IMG/VR virus record: IMGVR_UViG_3300012940_001430
Location: 1 to 24,604 of that record
Source of the DNA: a virus
Taxonomy: Duplodnaviria > Caudoviricetes
DNA length: 24,604 bases
Reading direction: 5' to 3' (one strand)
The notes under the pieces were generated by a model. It searched no databases, was not told where the DNA came from, and saw nothing but the letters and a program-made list of their open reading frames with translations. Position numbers and translations under genes: made by a program. Shown piece by piece: positions 1 through 9,121 of the stretch (positions within the stretch are counted from its first letter, which is position 1; every line of letters begins with the position of its first letter).

Positions 1-2286
1 GCCATCAACAGAAGCGTTTACTTCGGTCAGCGCGTTGGAAATGGCAGTTACATCGCCTTCGACGCCATCAACACGGGCCTGCATCAGATCAATGACGCTT
101 GCGCCGTCGTCGGTGAACAGTTGCGCATTGATTTCGGTCAGTTGCTGACCAATGGCACTGTTCGGCCCGGTGGCAACAAAGATATCTTGCTTCCACTGTG
201 CCTTTGCAGAACCAAATGTGCTTGTCAGTTGCTGGTTAAGACGCAGAACGTTCGCAAACCCCTTGAGCGCGTCGTCGGCTGTGCCGGTGGCATTTTCCTG
301 CGCCTGTCGAATAATCTCGCGCCGGTCATCGGTCATCCAATTGACAAGGCCCTTCACGTCGCCGTCGAGCCGACCGTAATTGACCGGGCTTTCGTCGCCG
401 CGAACGTCCAGTGTTGTCACCTTCACCGCAGCGGCCCACGCAACAGGACGTGTCCCAGATGCCACGCGCAACCGGGTCCTAACCCACCAGTCAGACAGTC
501 GGGTCAGACCGTTCGATATCTGGACAACGGTTACGTCTCTCGTCACATAGTCGTTGAAGACCTGTGTGGGGTCATTGTCCGGCCAGTACTGTATCTCGAC
601 GCCCGCCACCGTCACGTCGTCAATGGCATCCCACAGCAAGCGAATGCCGGGATATTCGTCGCCGTCATCGCCCACGACTTTGTTCGGGATGACGAAGAAG
701 CCCTGAACCTCGCCCAGATAGTCGGGAGGACCAACCGGGATCGGTACAGGCGGATTGGTTTCATATGCCGTCGGGTCAAAGATGCCGTTGCCGACTTCCT
801 GAAGGGTGACAGCAACATCACGCGGTCCATCTTCCCCCAGGGCGCCAAGCCCCTTCGACAGTATCTGGAATGTCTTGGTGAAGTTGTAGCGGTCAGATTG
901 AAAATTGACCCACGAACCGACCTTCAGTTCCAGAAACTTCGGATGAATGGTGAACTGGCCGTTCGCCTGATAACGAGACGCCCGGATCGCGATATCCGCC
1001 AGCCGGTCACCGACGCGATGATCCGTGATAGCCGTATAGTCCACCTTTGACGCAAGGCGTTCCCGGTCGAGTGCCAGAGCGCCTTCATCGATACGCGTTG
1101 CAAGCGGCACGGTTTCATAGAATGCATCCGGGCTGATATAGTTGCCCGCAACTGTGTTCACGAGTTCGGCACGCGGGCGCGTCAGCGACAGCGTGAACGG
1201 CTTTTCCCAGTTGATATCGTCATCGGTGATTGTCGCAACAACGGCCTGATTTGCGCCTACGATGGGATATTCACCGGACACGCTTTCCACCCATGAGCCG
1301 GCACATGCTTCGCGCAGCGGCGTCATGTTGCTATCATGCGTGATGCCATCGCCGGACGAAGCGATCAATGCAGTGGTATAGCGCTTGCTGCCGTCCGGCA
1401 TGATTTCATCGCAGATGTTCATAGCGGTGAACCACTCGGACAAAGGCAACCGGCTCATAGCCGTGCCGCGACCGACGATCTTTTCCGTGCCGTTGTAGAT
1501 GCCTCGCTCTAGATTGAACATCATCACGGCGGGGTTGTCGGAGTAGGCCCAGGTGTTCTGGTCATTCTGCCGCTGGGGGCCGGAGCCTCCAACAGTCGTA
1601 TCAAAGCGCGGATCGTAAAGCGGAGCGCCCCGAACCTCGAACATCAGGCTAGCCGGTGACGTGAGGTTATCGGCCTCCATGCGTGACGTGACTACGACAT
1701 AGCAACAGCCAGCGCCGCGATGCGCAGGCGTCCAGCGGCCAGCCGGATTTGCATGGGCGATCAGTTGCGGGTCTGCCGCCTGATCCATGGTTCCAGCATG
1801 AAATCTCACCCAGACTTCGCCGCCCTCGTGAACTCCGAGAACCTTGCGGCCCCACGTGTCGCCATACTTGGTTTCCTCGTTTGGCGAGAGGTTCTTCCAC
1901 TCCCCGTCCATCTGAACACGCAGCAATTCAACGCAACGGAAATCCGAGAGCTTGTAAACGTCCTGAACCATCCGATTGCCTTTGCCGAAGGCGTTCCGGT
2001 AGACGTGATGGCCCATGGTGCCGAACGTGCCAAAGCCCACTTCTCTGACGAGGTTTTCGCCATACTGGGTTTCAGTTTTGGAGGCTTCTGCTTTTGGCTT
2101 TGGCCGCATCGCGCCCAGTGCGTACTTTGCAGCCGCAGCCAACCCTCCTAATACCAGATTGGCAAGGACCGTGCCGCCGAACAGCCACGATCCAGCAGAA
2201 CCGATAGCGCCGATTACCAGCGTAATGGGATCTGCTGCCGCTGGGCCAGCCAGCAGCACGAATAAAAGCACCAGGAGATATTTCAT
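1..2286 (-). CDS. Phage tail tip / central fibre protein (lambda J-like), truncated at window edge
   Basis: Not in the ORF track (no stop in window). ATG at 2286-2284 overlaps the upstream TGA (TGATG). Starts MKYLLVLLFVLLAGPAAADPITLVIG..., and the same frame at 60-1 reads EGDVTAISNALTEVNASVDG. I read both ends but not every interior codon. Position after hub and NlpC-like genes fits. Confidence 0.8.
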   Translation of the reverse strand, partial: MKYLLVLLFVLLAGPAAADPITLVIGAIGSAGSWLFGGTVLANLVLGGLAAAAKYALGAMRPKPKAEASKTETQYGENLVREVGFGTFGTMGHHVYRNAFGKGNRMVQDVYKLSDFRCVELLRVQMDGEWKNLSPNEETKYGDTWGRKVLGVHEGGEVWVRFHAGTMDQAADPQLIAHANPAGRWTPAHRGAGCCYVVVTSRMEADNLTSPASLMFEVRGAPLYDPRFDTTVGGSGPQRQNDQNTWAYSDNPAVMMFNLERGIYNGTEKIVGRGTAMSRLPLSEWFTAMNICDEIMPDGSKRYTTALIASSGDGITHDSNMTPLREACAGSWVESVSGEYPIVGANQAVVATITDDDINWEKPFTLSLTRPRAELVNTVAGNYISPDAFYETVPLATRIDEGALALDRERLASKVDYTAITDHRVGDRLADIAIRASRYQANGQFTIHPKFLELKVGSWVNFQSDRYNFTKTFQILSKGLGALGEDGPRDVAVTLQEVGNGIFDPTAYETNPPVPIPVGPPDYLGEVQGFFVIPNKVVGDDGDEYPGIRLLWDAIDDVTVAGVEIQYWPDNDPTQVFNDYVTRDVTVVQISNGLTRLSDWWVRTRLRVASGTRPVAWAAAVKVTTLDVRGDESPVNYGRLDGDVKGLVNWMTDDRREIIRQAQENATGTADDALKGFANVLRLNQQLTSTFGSAKAQWKQDIFVATGPNSAIGQQLTEINAQLFTDDGASVIDLMQARVDGVEGDVTAISNALTEVNASVDG

Positions 2287-2678
2287 CAGGAAACCTTGAA
2301 AGCCTTCTCGGCTATGGTTCTGGGCAGGAAGCGCAAGCCATCCTCGCCTTTCACGGCGAACCCGTATTCACAGAAGTACCCGGCTGTGTTTTCATAAACG
2401 CCGAGATCACCACGCTGTGCCAATGCAACGGGGATTTCCTCGAACAAGCTAGAGACAGCTTCAGGCACGGAGTTGAAACCGCGATGCTTGATGAGGCGAT
2501 AAGCACCCGTTTTGGTCTTGTACTTGCCGCGGATATCCTTGGCCGGATCATCGCCCAGAACAGCCTCTACGGCGTCCGCAGCGGTCAGAATGCAATCGGA
2601 CTGCCCCCAGACCAGAGGCGTGTTCAGGTGCGCCTCTGTGGTAGCCACAAGGCGTTTTTCCCAGTCGTGGTGTCGCAT
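2286..2678 (-). CDS. Tail-associated NlpC/P60-like (DUF6950-type) protein
   Basis: WGQSDC motif, 'AQRGDLG' segment, 130 aa, located between the hub and tip genes. Confidence 0.7.
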   Translation of the reverse strand: MRHHDWEKRLVATTEAHLNTPLVWGQSDCILTAADAVEAVLGDDPAKDIRGKYKTKTGAYRLIKHRGFNSVPEAVSSLFEEIPVALAQRGDLGVYENTAGYFCEYGFAVKGEDGLRFLPRTIAEKAFKVS

Positions 2679-2681
2679 GGT

Positions 2682-3248
2682 TTACGGTGCCGTGATGTGG
2701 AAATTTTCGCGTCGGACTGTCGAGGCGTATTCGAAGAACTTATCGCCAGGCGAAACCAACTGTTGATCCTCGTGGGAGGCAGTCCGGTATCCGTCCCGGT
2801 GATTTTCCAGTGCCGTGGTTTCGATGTTGGCTTTCAGGACGAATTCGCCGTTGTCGAAGGCATGATCGATGGTATCGATATAGCCACGATACATCGGCTC
2901 GACATGCAACAGTTGGCGCGTGTCCGGATCGAAATAGGCATCGTACAGGATGACTGTTCTGCCCTTGTAATCGAGGCTTTCAATCTGGGCGAGTTTGTCT
3001 GGCGTGATACCGAAATCTGCCGCCGCTGGCATCGTGATGGTGATTGGAAGCGCTTCGGAACCCATTTCAAATGGCGGTTCTTCAATCCCGATAAGCTGGT
3101 TTGGAAGATAAGTGTTCCCATTCCAGACCAGTTCCGACATGCCATTCCACATATACCAGGTCCCCGTCCCGAACATGAAATCGCCCATCGAGCGAATGAC
3201 AATCCGACCTTCTGCAAGAAGCTGTTGTAGTCGCGTGGGGAAAGCCAT
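2682..3248 (-). CDS. Minor tail / tail hub protein
   Basis: 188 aa with 'LVWNGNTY', 'YRGYID' and 'PGDKFFEY'; synteny after the distal tail gene; translationally coupled. Confidence 0.7.
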   Translation of the reverse strand: MAFPTRLQQLLAEGRIVIRSMGDFMFGTGTWYMWNGMSELVWNGNTYLPNQLIGIEEPPFEMGSEALPITITMPAAADFGITPDKLAQIESLDYKGRTVILYDAYFDPDTRQLLHVEPMYRGYIDTIDHAFDNGEFVLKANIETTALENHRDGYRTASHEDQQLVSPGDKFFEYASTVRRENFHITAP

Positions 3249-3859
3249 TAGCGTGGCACCTCCATCAACTGAAATGAAGCGGTAGGAAACGGCCCACGGC
3301 TCATCTGGAACGATCCCGGCACAAGGCGGGTATTCAGTTCAGGCTTTTTGAACCTGACGACGGCAGCAGCCGCGATATAGGAGGCAATCGGCTGATCGAC
3401 TGTGACGGTCATCTGAGTGCTTGCCGCCGTTGCGCCGACGGTGACCTGTGCCATTTGGCGATACGTGCCGCTTGTGAACGACAGCAAATCACCCGGCATC
3501 AGGATCAGGCCCGGAACGACGTTTGTTAGCTGCACCTGTCTGCCGTTCGTCACCGTGCCGCGTGAAGCGGTGCCGGTGATATGAGGATCGTCGGGGTTGC
3601 CCCAGTAGGCTTGCGGAATACAGATATGGGTTGGCCGATAGACGATCGTTTCCATGCCACCACGTGCCGACGCGATGAAAGCCTGAAGCGCCACAGCTTC
3701 GCGAGCTTTCATCGGTACGGTTTCCATATCGATCGTTCGATACGGGTCAGCATATTCGACAAAGGAAATTGCCCGGTTGCCGTATTTGGACATACTGACC
3801 GGGCTGTTAAGCAGCGGATAGGACGGCAGGAAACGAACCGTCGAAACAAGATCGATCAT
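3248..3859 (-). CDS. Putative distal tail protein
   Basis: 203 aa directly after the tape measure gene (ATGA overlap), beta-rich composition. Confidence 0.65.
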   Translation of the reverse strand: MIDLVSTVRFLPSYPLLNSPVSMSKYGNRAISFVEYADPYRTIDMETVPMKAREAVALQAFIASARGGMETIVYRPTHICIPQAYWGNPDDPHITGTASRGTVTNGRQVQLTNVVPGLILMPGDLLSFTSGTYRQMAQVTVGATAASTQMTVTVDQPIASYIAAAAVVRFKKPELNTRLVPGSFQMSRGPFPTASFQLMEVPR

Positions 3860-6309
3860 ACCATCCCCCGCATATTGGCTTGCCTGCTGTCGCGTTTCAG
3901 GCGCGCTGGCCCGGTTTTGTCATAAGACCGGATTGCACTCTGACTGGTCTTTCGAGATACGTTCTGAACGTAGGCTTGCAGGTTGCCGTCATTATCGACA
4001 GAAACGCCTACATCGACCCGCATGGCACCCGCCGCACTCTGTCGCGAAGGGGCTTTCAGGATCGGCATGGATGGCGCGCGCAAAGGTGACCCGCCGTCTT
4101 TCAGTCCGATAACGCCACCGCTATTGATGGCTTCCAGCAGAGCACGGTTGCGCTTCGTAGCTGCCGCGTTGACGACGAATTCCTCGTCGCTCAGAATCGC
4201 CGGGATTTTATCGCCGCGTGGCCCGCCAGGACCGCGAACAATTCCGCCACCGGCACGCTTTACCGGGCCACCGTCCTTGCGGAAGATTCCGCCCAGAGCG
4301 CTGAAAATATTGAAGCCGCCTTTGTCGACGTCGAAGATCGAATTCAGTGCGATCTCGAGCAGTTTGTCTGCGATCTTTCCAAGCGCGTTGGCAAAGGTTT
4401 CCGCAGCACTGGCGCCGTTCATCAGATCGCTGGCGATCCCGCCGACGAGATCCTTTTGGAAAGACGCCATATCTTCGGCGCTTTCCTTGATCTTGTTCTG
4501 TGCTTCAGCAAGCTTTTCAGCCTCAGAACTGGCATATGCCCACTGATCTGCCGTAGCAGAAATTTGTGCTCGCAGTTCCGGTGTTAGCGCCACGCCCGCC
4601 TTTTGCGCCGCATTGAGCAGTTCCTGCTCTGTGCGTGCCTTTTCCATGGCATAGCCATAATCGTTGATCAGCGGGTTGATCTGACGCTGTGCCTCGGTCT
4701 CTGCAACAAGTGCAGCGGTGCGGTCGGTGATACGTTGAACGTTATCGTCAAAGCGCTCAGCAGGGGTTTTCTTCGTTCGCCCCTTCTTCTTGTCGTCCGG
4801 AGTTACCGGGATGCCGCCGCCGTAACCTTCTGTGTTGCGAACTGGCTTTTTCTTACCGCTCACATAGTCTTCGAAGAGCTGCTGCTTACCCTCGTAGTCC
4901 TTGATCTGCTCTTCCAGTTTATCAATAAGGTCCTGACGGTCTTTAACGGCAGGGCTATTATCGACAGTGTTCTGAACGTCCGTTGCTTCCGGAGTCGGTA
5001 GCAACGACATTGAAGGGTTGATCTCTTCCTTGATTATAGCAGCAGCCAGCTCGCGCTCAGCCTTCGCACGCACCAATGCGGACTTAGCCGCATCTAGATC
5101 GGCGGCAATTTTACTGCGGGTCGATGCTACGGCTTCGCTATTAGCGTAGTCGAGGTTTTCAATTTGGAAGCTCAGTTCCTTGACCGCGGCTTGATGAGCC
5201 TTCGCAGACTTCTCTGCATCTGTCTGCCGATCTGACATCAGATACAAAGAAGCGGCAGCTGCTCCTGCAAGCAGCCCAATAGGGCCAAGGGCCGCGCTAA
5301 AACTTGCCGCGAGAGGAATACCAGCACGGAATGCCGTCAATAGCGCACCAAGCGCCGATACGACATTGCCAATACCGAGAACCATGCCGCCAAGGGCGCG
5401 ACCAGTCAGAGCGGCGATTGCAACCGTTGCGAATGCTACTGCGGCGTCGGCTACATCCTTGAAATTGTCGGCAAGATACTGCAGTGCCTGCACTAACCTT
5501 GCACTCGCTCCTGCAGACTGATCGGCATTACCAATATAGGCGGTGAACTCATTATTGATGCGGGTGAACGCATCTTTGATCGTTGCATTTGTTGCAGCGA
5601 AAGCAGCTTCGATCGGCTTCTGCGCGTTCAGAATAGCCTTGAAAACGCGGTCGGTCGTGAGCTTACCTTCCTCGCCGAGCTTCTTCAGCCCTGCGATCGA
5701 GACCTTGAACTCATCCGCAATCGCCTTAGCGATGATCGGCGCGTTTTCGCGGATGGAGCGAAGTTCATCGCCCTGCAAGACACCTGAGCCCAACGCCTGA
5801 GACAACTGCAGGATGCCTGCGATTTGTTCCTGCGTACTGGCGCCGCCAGCCTTAAATGCCTTAGTTACAATATCTGTTGCAGTCGCGATTTCCTGTTCGG
5901 ACTTAGCCACAGCCGATGCCGAACGGATGAGTTTGGCATAAAGATCGACGTAGGTTGTCAGATCGACTCTCGCCGCGTTCGCACCGCCCTTCAATTGGTT
6001 TAGGCTTCTGGTCTGTACGCCCGCGATCTGAGCCGCGGCACGGATCTTGTTGCCAGCTTCAGTCCACGCGTCAGCGTATTCGATAATTTCGCGAGTGCCC
6101 AATGCCGCGCCAATGCCAGCGGCGGGCCCGGCAAGGTTGCGAAACGTATTTCCAAGAATACCGTCAAGATTTCTGTTGAGCGAACGCGCGCGTCGCTCAA
6201 TGGCGTTGAATTGCGCGTTGGTGATATTGTTCGCCCTAGCCAACGACCTTTCAAATGATTTGAAATCGGCCGACAGTTGGACGACCAACTTCTCGATGTC
6301 AGTTGCCAT
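3856..6309 (-). CDS. Tape measure protein
   Basis: 817 aa, Ala-rich. Has the 'QLSQALGSGVLQGDELRSIRENAP' tape-measure motif, a hydrophobic middle and C-terminal 'GPGGPRGDKIPAILSDEEFVVNA'. Confidence 0.95.
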   Translation of the reverse strand: MATDIEKLVVQLSADFKSFERSLARANNITNAQFNAIERRARSLNRNLDGILGNTFRNLAGPAAGIGAALGTREIIEYADAWTEAGNKIRAAAQIAGVQTRSLNQLKGGANAARVDLTTYVDLYAKLIRSASAVAKSEQEIATATDIVTKAFKAGGASTQEQIAGILQLSQALGSGVLQGDELRSIRENAPIIAKAIADEFKVSIAGLKKLGEEGKLTTDRVFKAILNAQKPIEAAFAATNATIKDAFTRINNEFTAYIGNADQSAGASARLVQALQYLADNFKDVADAAVAFATVAIAALTGRALGGMVLGIGNVVSALGALLTAFRAGIPLAASFSAALGPIGLLAGAAAASLYLMSDRQTDAEKSAKAHQAAVKELSFQIENLDYANSEAVASTRSKIAADLDAAKSALVRAKAERELAAAIIKEEINPSMSLLPTPEATDVQNTVDNSPAVKDRQDLIDKLEEQIKDYEGKQQLFEDYVSGKKKPVRNTEGYGGGIPVTPDDKKKGRTKKTPAERFDDNVQRITDRTAALVAETEAQRQINPLINDYGYAMEKARTEQELLNAAQKAGVALTPELRAQISATADQWAYASSEAEKLAEAQNKIKESAEDMASFQKDLVGGIASDLMNGASAAETFANALGKIADKLLEIALNSIFDVDKGGFNIFSALGGIFRKDGGPVKRAGGGIVRGPGGPRGDKIPAILSDEEFVVNAAATKRNRALLEAINSGGVIGLKDGGSPLRAPSMPILKAPSRQSAAGAMRVDVGVSVDNDGNLQAYVQNVSRKTSQSAIRSYDKTGPARLKRDSRQANMRGMV

Positions 6310-6332
6310 GCCAGATCACGTCCTGATATATT
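6303..6332 (+). promoter_or_regulatory. Putative sigma70 promoter for the moron gene
   Basis: TTGCCA (6303-6308), 18 nt spacer, TATATT (6327-6332) with extended -10 TG at 6324-6325; GGAGGG RBS before the ATG at 6363. Confidence 0.55.
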
Positions 6333-6362
6333 GTAGGGAAAATTCGCGGCGGAGGGCGTTAG

Positions 6363-6608
6363 ATGGTTCTGAGACAAAGACTGACGGGGATGGGCAAACT
6401 TGGCGTTGCCCTTTTTCTTGTTGGGCCCCTTATGAGCATCGGCACACGCCAATGGCTGGTCTCGTATCTTGAATCCTTACGCGGCACTGGGCTCACGTCA
6501 GTTCCTGACGTAAGCCTCTATCATGCAGTGATTGTAGCTGGAGCCATTGCAACGCTGATTTCAGTGCCCTTGATGCTTCTCGGTCGAGAATACGTCAGCC
6601 AGCCGTAA
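6363..6608 (+). CDS. Small two-TM membrane protein (moron)
   Basis: 81 aa with two hydrophobic stretches, on the strand opposite the tail operon, with its own RBS and promoter-like sequence. Confidence 0.7.
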   Translation: MVLRQRLTGMGKLGVALFLVGPLMSIGTRQWLVSYLESLRGTGLTSVPDVSLYHAVIVAGAIATLISVPLMLLGREYVSQP

Positions 6609-6843
6609 TCCAGTCAAAAAGCTCATCGACTTCGGCCGTCGACAGCCCCTTACCGTCATCTGTGGAATTGGCTCTGACATACCCGTCAACAGCCGCCAGA
6701 AATTTCCACATTGACATGCGCCCTACCTCTTCCGGCGTGTAGCCGAGCGCCGCACCGTTGCCGTAGACTGCGGCAAATCTGATTTTTCCATTGGGGAGGG
6801 CGTCGAGTTGTTCTCCGCCAGATTTGCCGCCTCTTGCTCCCCC
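6595..6843 (-). CDS. Tail assembly chaperone T domain (probable -1 frameshift extension of G)
   Basis: The -1 frame gives ...GKIRFAAVYGNGAALGYTPEEVGRMSMWKFLAAVDGY..., a T-type 'TPEEVGRMS' motif. It sits between G and the tape measure gene. Confidence 0.7.
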   Translation of the reverse strand, partial: GGARGGKSGGEQLDALPNGKIRFAAVYGNGAALGYTPEEVGRMSMWKFLAAVDGYVRANSTDDGKGLSTAEVDELFDWITAG

Positions 6844-7163
6844 ACTGGTTCCTCTGGCGCTCCCATAATTCCAACTTTTAGAATGGCAGTCGCGAAAACC
6901 AGGTTTTCGAGCGGCGGACGCCTCTCGACATAGGTGCGCACGAGTTTCGTGGCCGCCGTCGGCTCCAAGCCTCCGCCAATCAACCCCTGCCGGATAACAT
7001 GGGCGATGTCGCCAATTCGGCACTGCTTGGTGAATAGCCGCTCCAGAATGACCCACGGGCCGGCGTCGCAAGCTTCCTGCAGTGCTTCTAACTCACCCCA
7101 CCCGAGGCGGAAGGTATAAGTACCATCCGCCCAGTCGAGTTCAATCTTAGCGTCTCTGCTCAT
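6723..7163 (-). CDS. Tail assembly chaperone G (GTA gp10-like)
   Basis: 'LDWADGTYTFRLGWGELEALQEACDAGP'; directly after the tail tube gene (TAATG overlap). Confidence 0.85.
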   Translation of the reverse strand: MSRDAKIELDWADGTYTFRLGWGELEALQEACDAGPWVILERLFTKQCRIGDIAHVIRQGLIGGGLEPTAATKLVRTYVERRPPLENLVFATAILKVGIMGAPEEPVGEQEAANLAENNSTPSPMEKSDLPQSTATVRRSATRRKR

Positions 7164-7612
7164 TACGGAGCCGTCGCAGCCGATGCGCGGACCATTTCGC
7201 CGTCCGACTGCATCGAAACATTGATGGTTGCGCGCTCGCCATTGTTGGCGCCGACTTCGAGGTTTTCGACATGCATCTTGCCGGTATAGGTGTAAGTCGT
7301 GGCGGGGAAAACGATTTCGACCTGCACGGGCACGGAATCAATGCTTTCCCAAGCGTCAAGCCAAGCCTCGATAGATTCCGAAGCAAGGACGCCTTCGCCA
7401 CTGATGCTCATCGATAGAGACGCTGCGTCACGGCCAATCCAGTCCACCTTATCCGGGTCAGTACAATCCGGGATAGAAACTTCATTGAGGTTCTTGGTCA
7501 GAGTCAGACTGCGCTGTGTCAGCCCGCAGGGTGCGATGTAGGCAATAGGCGCTGCGTCATCACCAAGCTTAACGCGGACCTTACCGCCTTTAATGGTAGT
7601 GGCCTGAGCCAT
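7163..7612 (-). CDS. Major tail tube protein
   Basis: Start reassigned to ATG 7612 (MAQATT, GGAG RBS). Has 'SMSISGEGV' and 'ATINVSMQSDGE'; 149 aa. Confidence 0.9.
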   Translation of the reverse strand: MAQATTIKGGKVRVKLGDDAAPIAYIAPCGLTQRSLTLTKNLNEVSIPDCTDPDKVDWIGRDAASLSMSISGEGVLASESIEAWLDAWESIDSVPVQVEIVFPATTYTYTGKMHVENLEVGANNGERATINVSMQSDGEMVRASAATAP

Positions 7613-7628
7613 GGAGTGCTCCAATACG

Positions 7629-7651
7629 AAAAAGGCCGCTCAATGGCGGCC
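7629..7651 (-). terminator. Intrinsic terminator-like hairpin ahead of the tail tube gene
   Basis: Minus strand GGCCGC-CATTGA-GCGGCC-TTTTT. Confidence 0.65.
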
Positions 7652-7686
7652 GCAAATTGCTTTTGAGGGTGATCGGCGGTGAAGCG

Positions 7687-8103
7687 CTAAGGCTGCTCGA
7701 TGAACGCCGTGAAGCGGACAGACGCATGATTAATTGCGCCGTCCTTGATGTAGTCGGTGCGCCAGTATCGGAAATCGACAAGCGCGTTGTCTGACAGGGT
7801 TGGTTCCCAGTCTCTCAGCGCCAAGCGAACAGCGTTCGCAATTTCGCGCATTTGCCTTTGTGGAAGTTCCAGCGACCAAACGTCGATCTGGAAAATAATG
7901 TCATGCCCATAGACACAATCGGCGTCATCAGCCGTGGAGCTGGATGGCCCGACGCTGACGTAGGGAAAAATCGACGGGGCGACCTGCCCTTGGTCGTTTG
8001 TGGGCGGATTATCGTAACTGCGCTGCCCGATCAGTGAAACAAGCGCAGGGAAGCTGCGCAGGCGCGGGATAACCGCGCTCTGCAACTCTTGTATAGGGTC
8101 CAT
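7687..8103 (-). CDS. Tail completion/terminator protein (DUF3168-like)
   Basis: Start at ATG 8103 (MDPIQELQ); motifs 'GQRSYDNPP', 'FPYVSVG' and 'QIDVWS'. Confidence 0.85.
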   Translation of the reverse strand: MDPIQELQSAVIPRLRSFPALVSLIGQRSYDNPPTNDQGQVAPSIFPYVSVGPSSSTADDADCVYGHDIIFQIDVWSLELPQRQMREIANAVRLALRDWEPTLSDNALVDFRYWRTDYIKDGAINHASVRFTAFIEQP

Positions 8104-8105
8104 TG

Positions 8106-8579
8106 CTATTGCCCCGCTGCGACTTGTTTGGCCGCCTTGGTGATTGCTCGCCGAACCCGGCTTTTCACCTTCTTGCGGTTGGCCCGCCATGACACCCAGA
8201 AGAAAGGCGAAGGCTTGGCGCCCGGGTGCTGCGCGCCCGCGAACATGCCGCCGACGATGTGCGGGGCGGTGCCAAATTCTACAAGGTGACCGTAGCGAAC
8301 TTTCGAATTGCCGGCGTAGATGGTGATCGTGAGATCGCCCGCCAAGCTGGATTTCACGGCTGCCAAGGTCATCGCGTATTTCGGCTTTTTGCCCCACGTC
8401 CAGGCGATGGAATCCCGTAGGTCGCCGTCATCGACGGGAACTAGCGATTTCATCATGGCAACGACTTCGTCGGCACCCTGCGCCATGGCCGCTTTGATGG
8501 TTTCTTTTGCCACGTCTGGCAGGCGCTTCAATTTCCGCTCGAGCTTGGCCAGTCCGAGAATAGTTGCACCCCTAGCCAT
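8106..8579 (-). CDS. HK97 gp10-family neck protein
   Basis: 'PVDDGDLRDSI', 'YGHLVEFGT' and 'PFF' motifs; start at ATG 8579. Confidence 0.9.
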   Translation of the reverse strand: MARGATILGLAKLERKLKRLPDVAKETIKAAMAQGADEVVAMMKSLVPVDDGDLRDSIAWTWGKKPKYAMTLAAVKSSLAGDLTITIYAGNSKVRYGHLVEFGTAPHIVGGMFAGAQHPGAKPSPFFWVSWRANRKKVKSRVRRAITKAAKQVAAGQ

Positions 8580-8949
8580 ATTCGCCCTCAACAACGAGCA
8601 TTTCCAGCATAGCGTTGCGTTCGTCCGGATTGACGACGGTCTTAATTCCGAAAACCCGGTTCGGTTCTGCCCCGGTTTTACCTGCCCTAGCGTCGTAAGC
8701 CCGCCAAGACGCCGTAATCATGCGGGCCTGCTCGCTGCTGCGAATGGTCAGATTGTACGGCTGCATAGACTGCATTCGGGCGGCCATGATGCTCTCGGCA
8801 TTACTGCCGTATCGCGGTTCCAGCCTCCCCGGTACGGTGAACTGGTCAACCCATTCACCGCGTGTTCCGCCATCCGGATCGTTGATTGTTTCGCGACGTT
8901 GGAAGGTAACAAGCTGGCGCATCGCGCCTGCTTCACTTCTCTTTGCCAT
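8572..8949 (-). CDS. Head closure / head-tail adaptor (SPP1 gp16-like)
   Basis: 'GAMRQLVTFQR...DPDGG...W'; AAGGA RBS before ATG 8949 (alternative start 8955). Confidence 0.85.
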   Translation of the reverse strand: MAKRSEAGAMRQLVTFQRRETINDPDGGTRGEWVDQFTVPGRLEPRYGSNAESIMAARMQSMQPYNLTIRSSEQARMITASWRAYDARAGKTGAEPNRVFGIKTVVNPDERNAMLEMLVVEGEYG

Positions 8950-9112
8950 CAGCATCCTTTCGTCTAGGGGTTGGGATGCGTTTAGCTTTGCCATCCGCGA
9001 TAGCCTGTTCACCGCAGCGTTTTGTTACGCTGCCTTCCCATTCTGCAGGATAGCCAAGCGTGACTTGCGGCGATGCGATGAACTGGAACTTGTCAGTGAA
9101 TTTCACCCACAT
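8933..9112 (-). CDS. Small hypothetical neck-region protein (59 aa; not in the ORF track)
   Basis: MWVKFTDKFQFIASPQVTLGYPAEWEGSVTKRCGEQAIADGKAKRIPTPRRKDADGKEK. TAGGAG RBS overlaps the upstream stop, and the ORF fills the gap between gp6 and the adaptor. Confidence 0.75.
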   Translation of the reverse strand: MWVKFTDKFQFIASPQVTLGYPAEWEGSVTKRCGEQAIADGKAKRIPTPRRKDADGKEK

Positions 9113-9121
9113 GCCGCACTC

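Noticed and set aside
121-1050. 309-aa plus-strand ORF
   Set aside because: In-register antisense shadow of the tail tip gene; TTG start and no recognisable motifs.
6844-7071. N-terminal part of the 158-aa ORF 6595-7071 as an independent gene
   Set aside because: Overlaps chaperone G with low-complexity sequence; only the distal part looks like a T domain.
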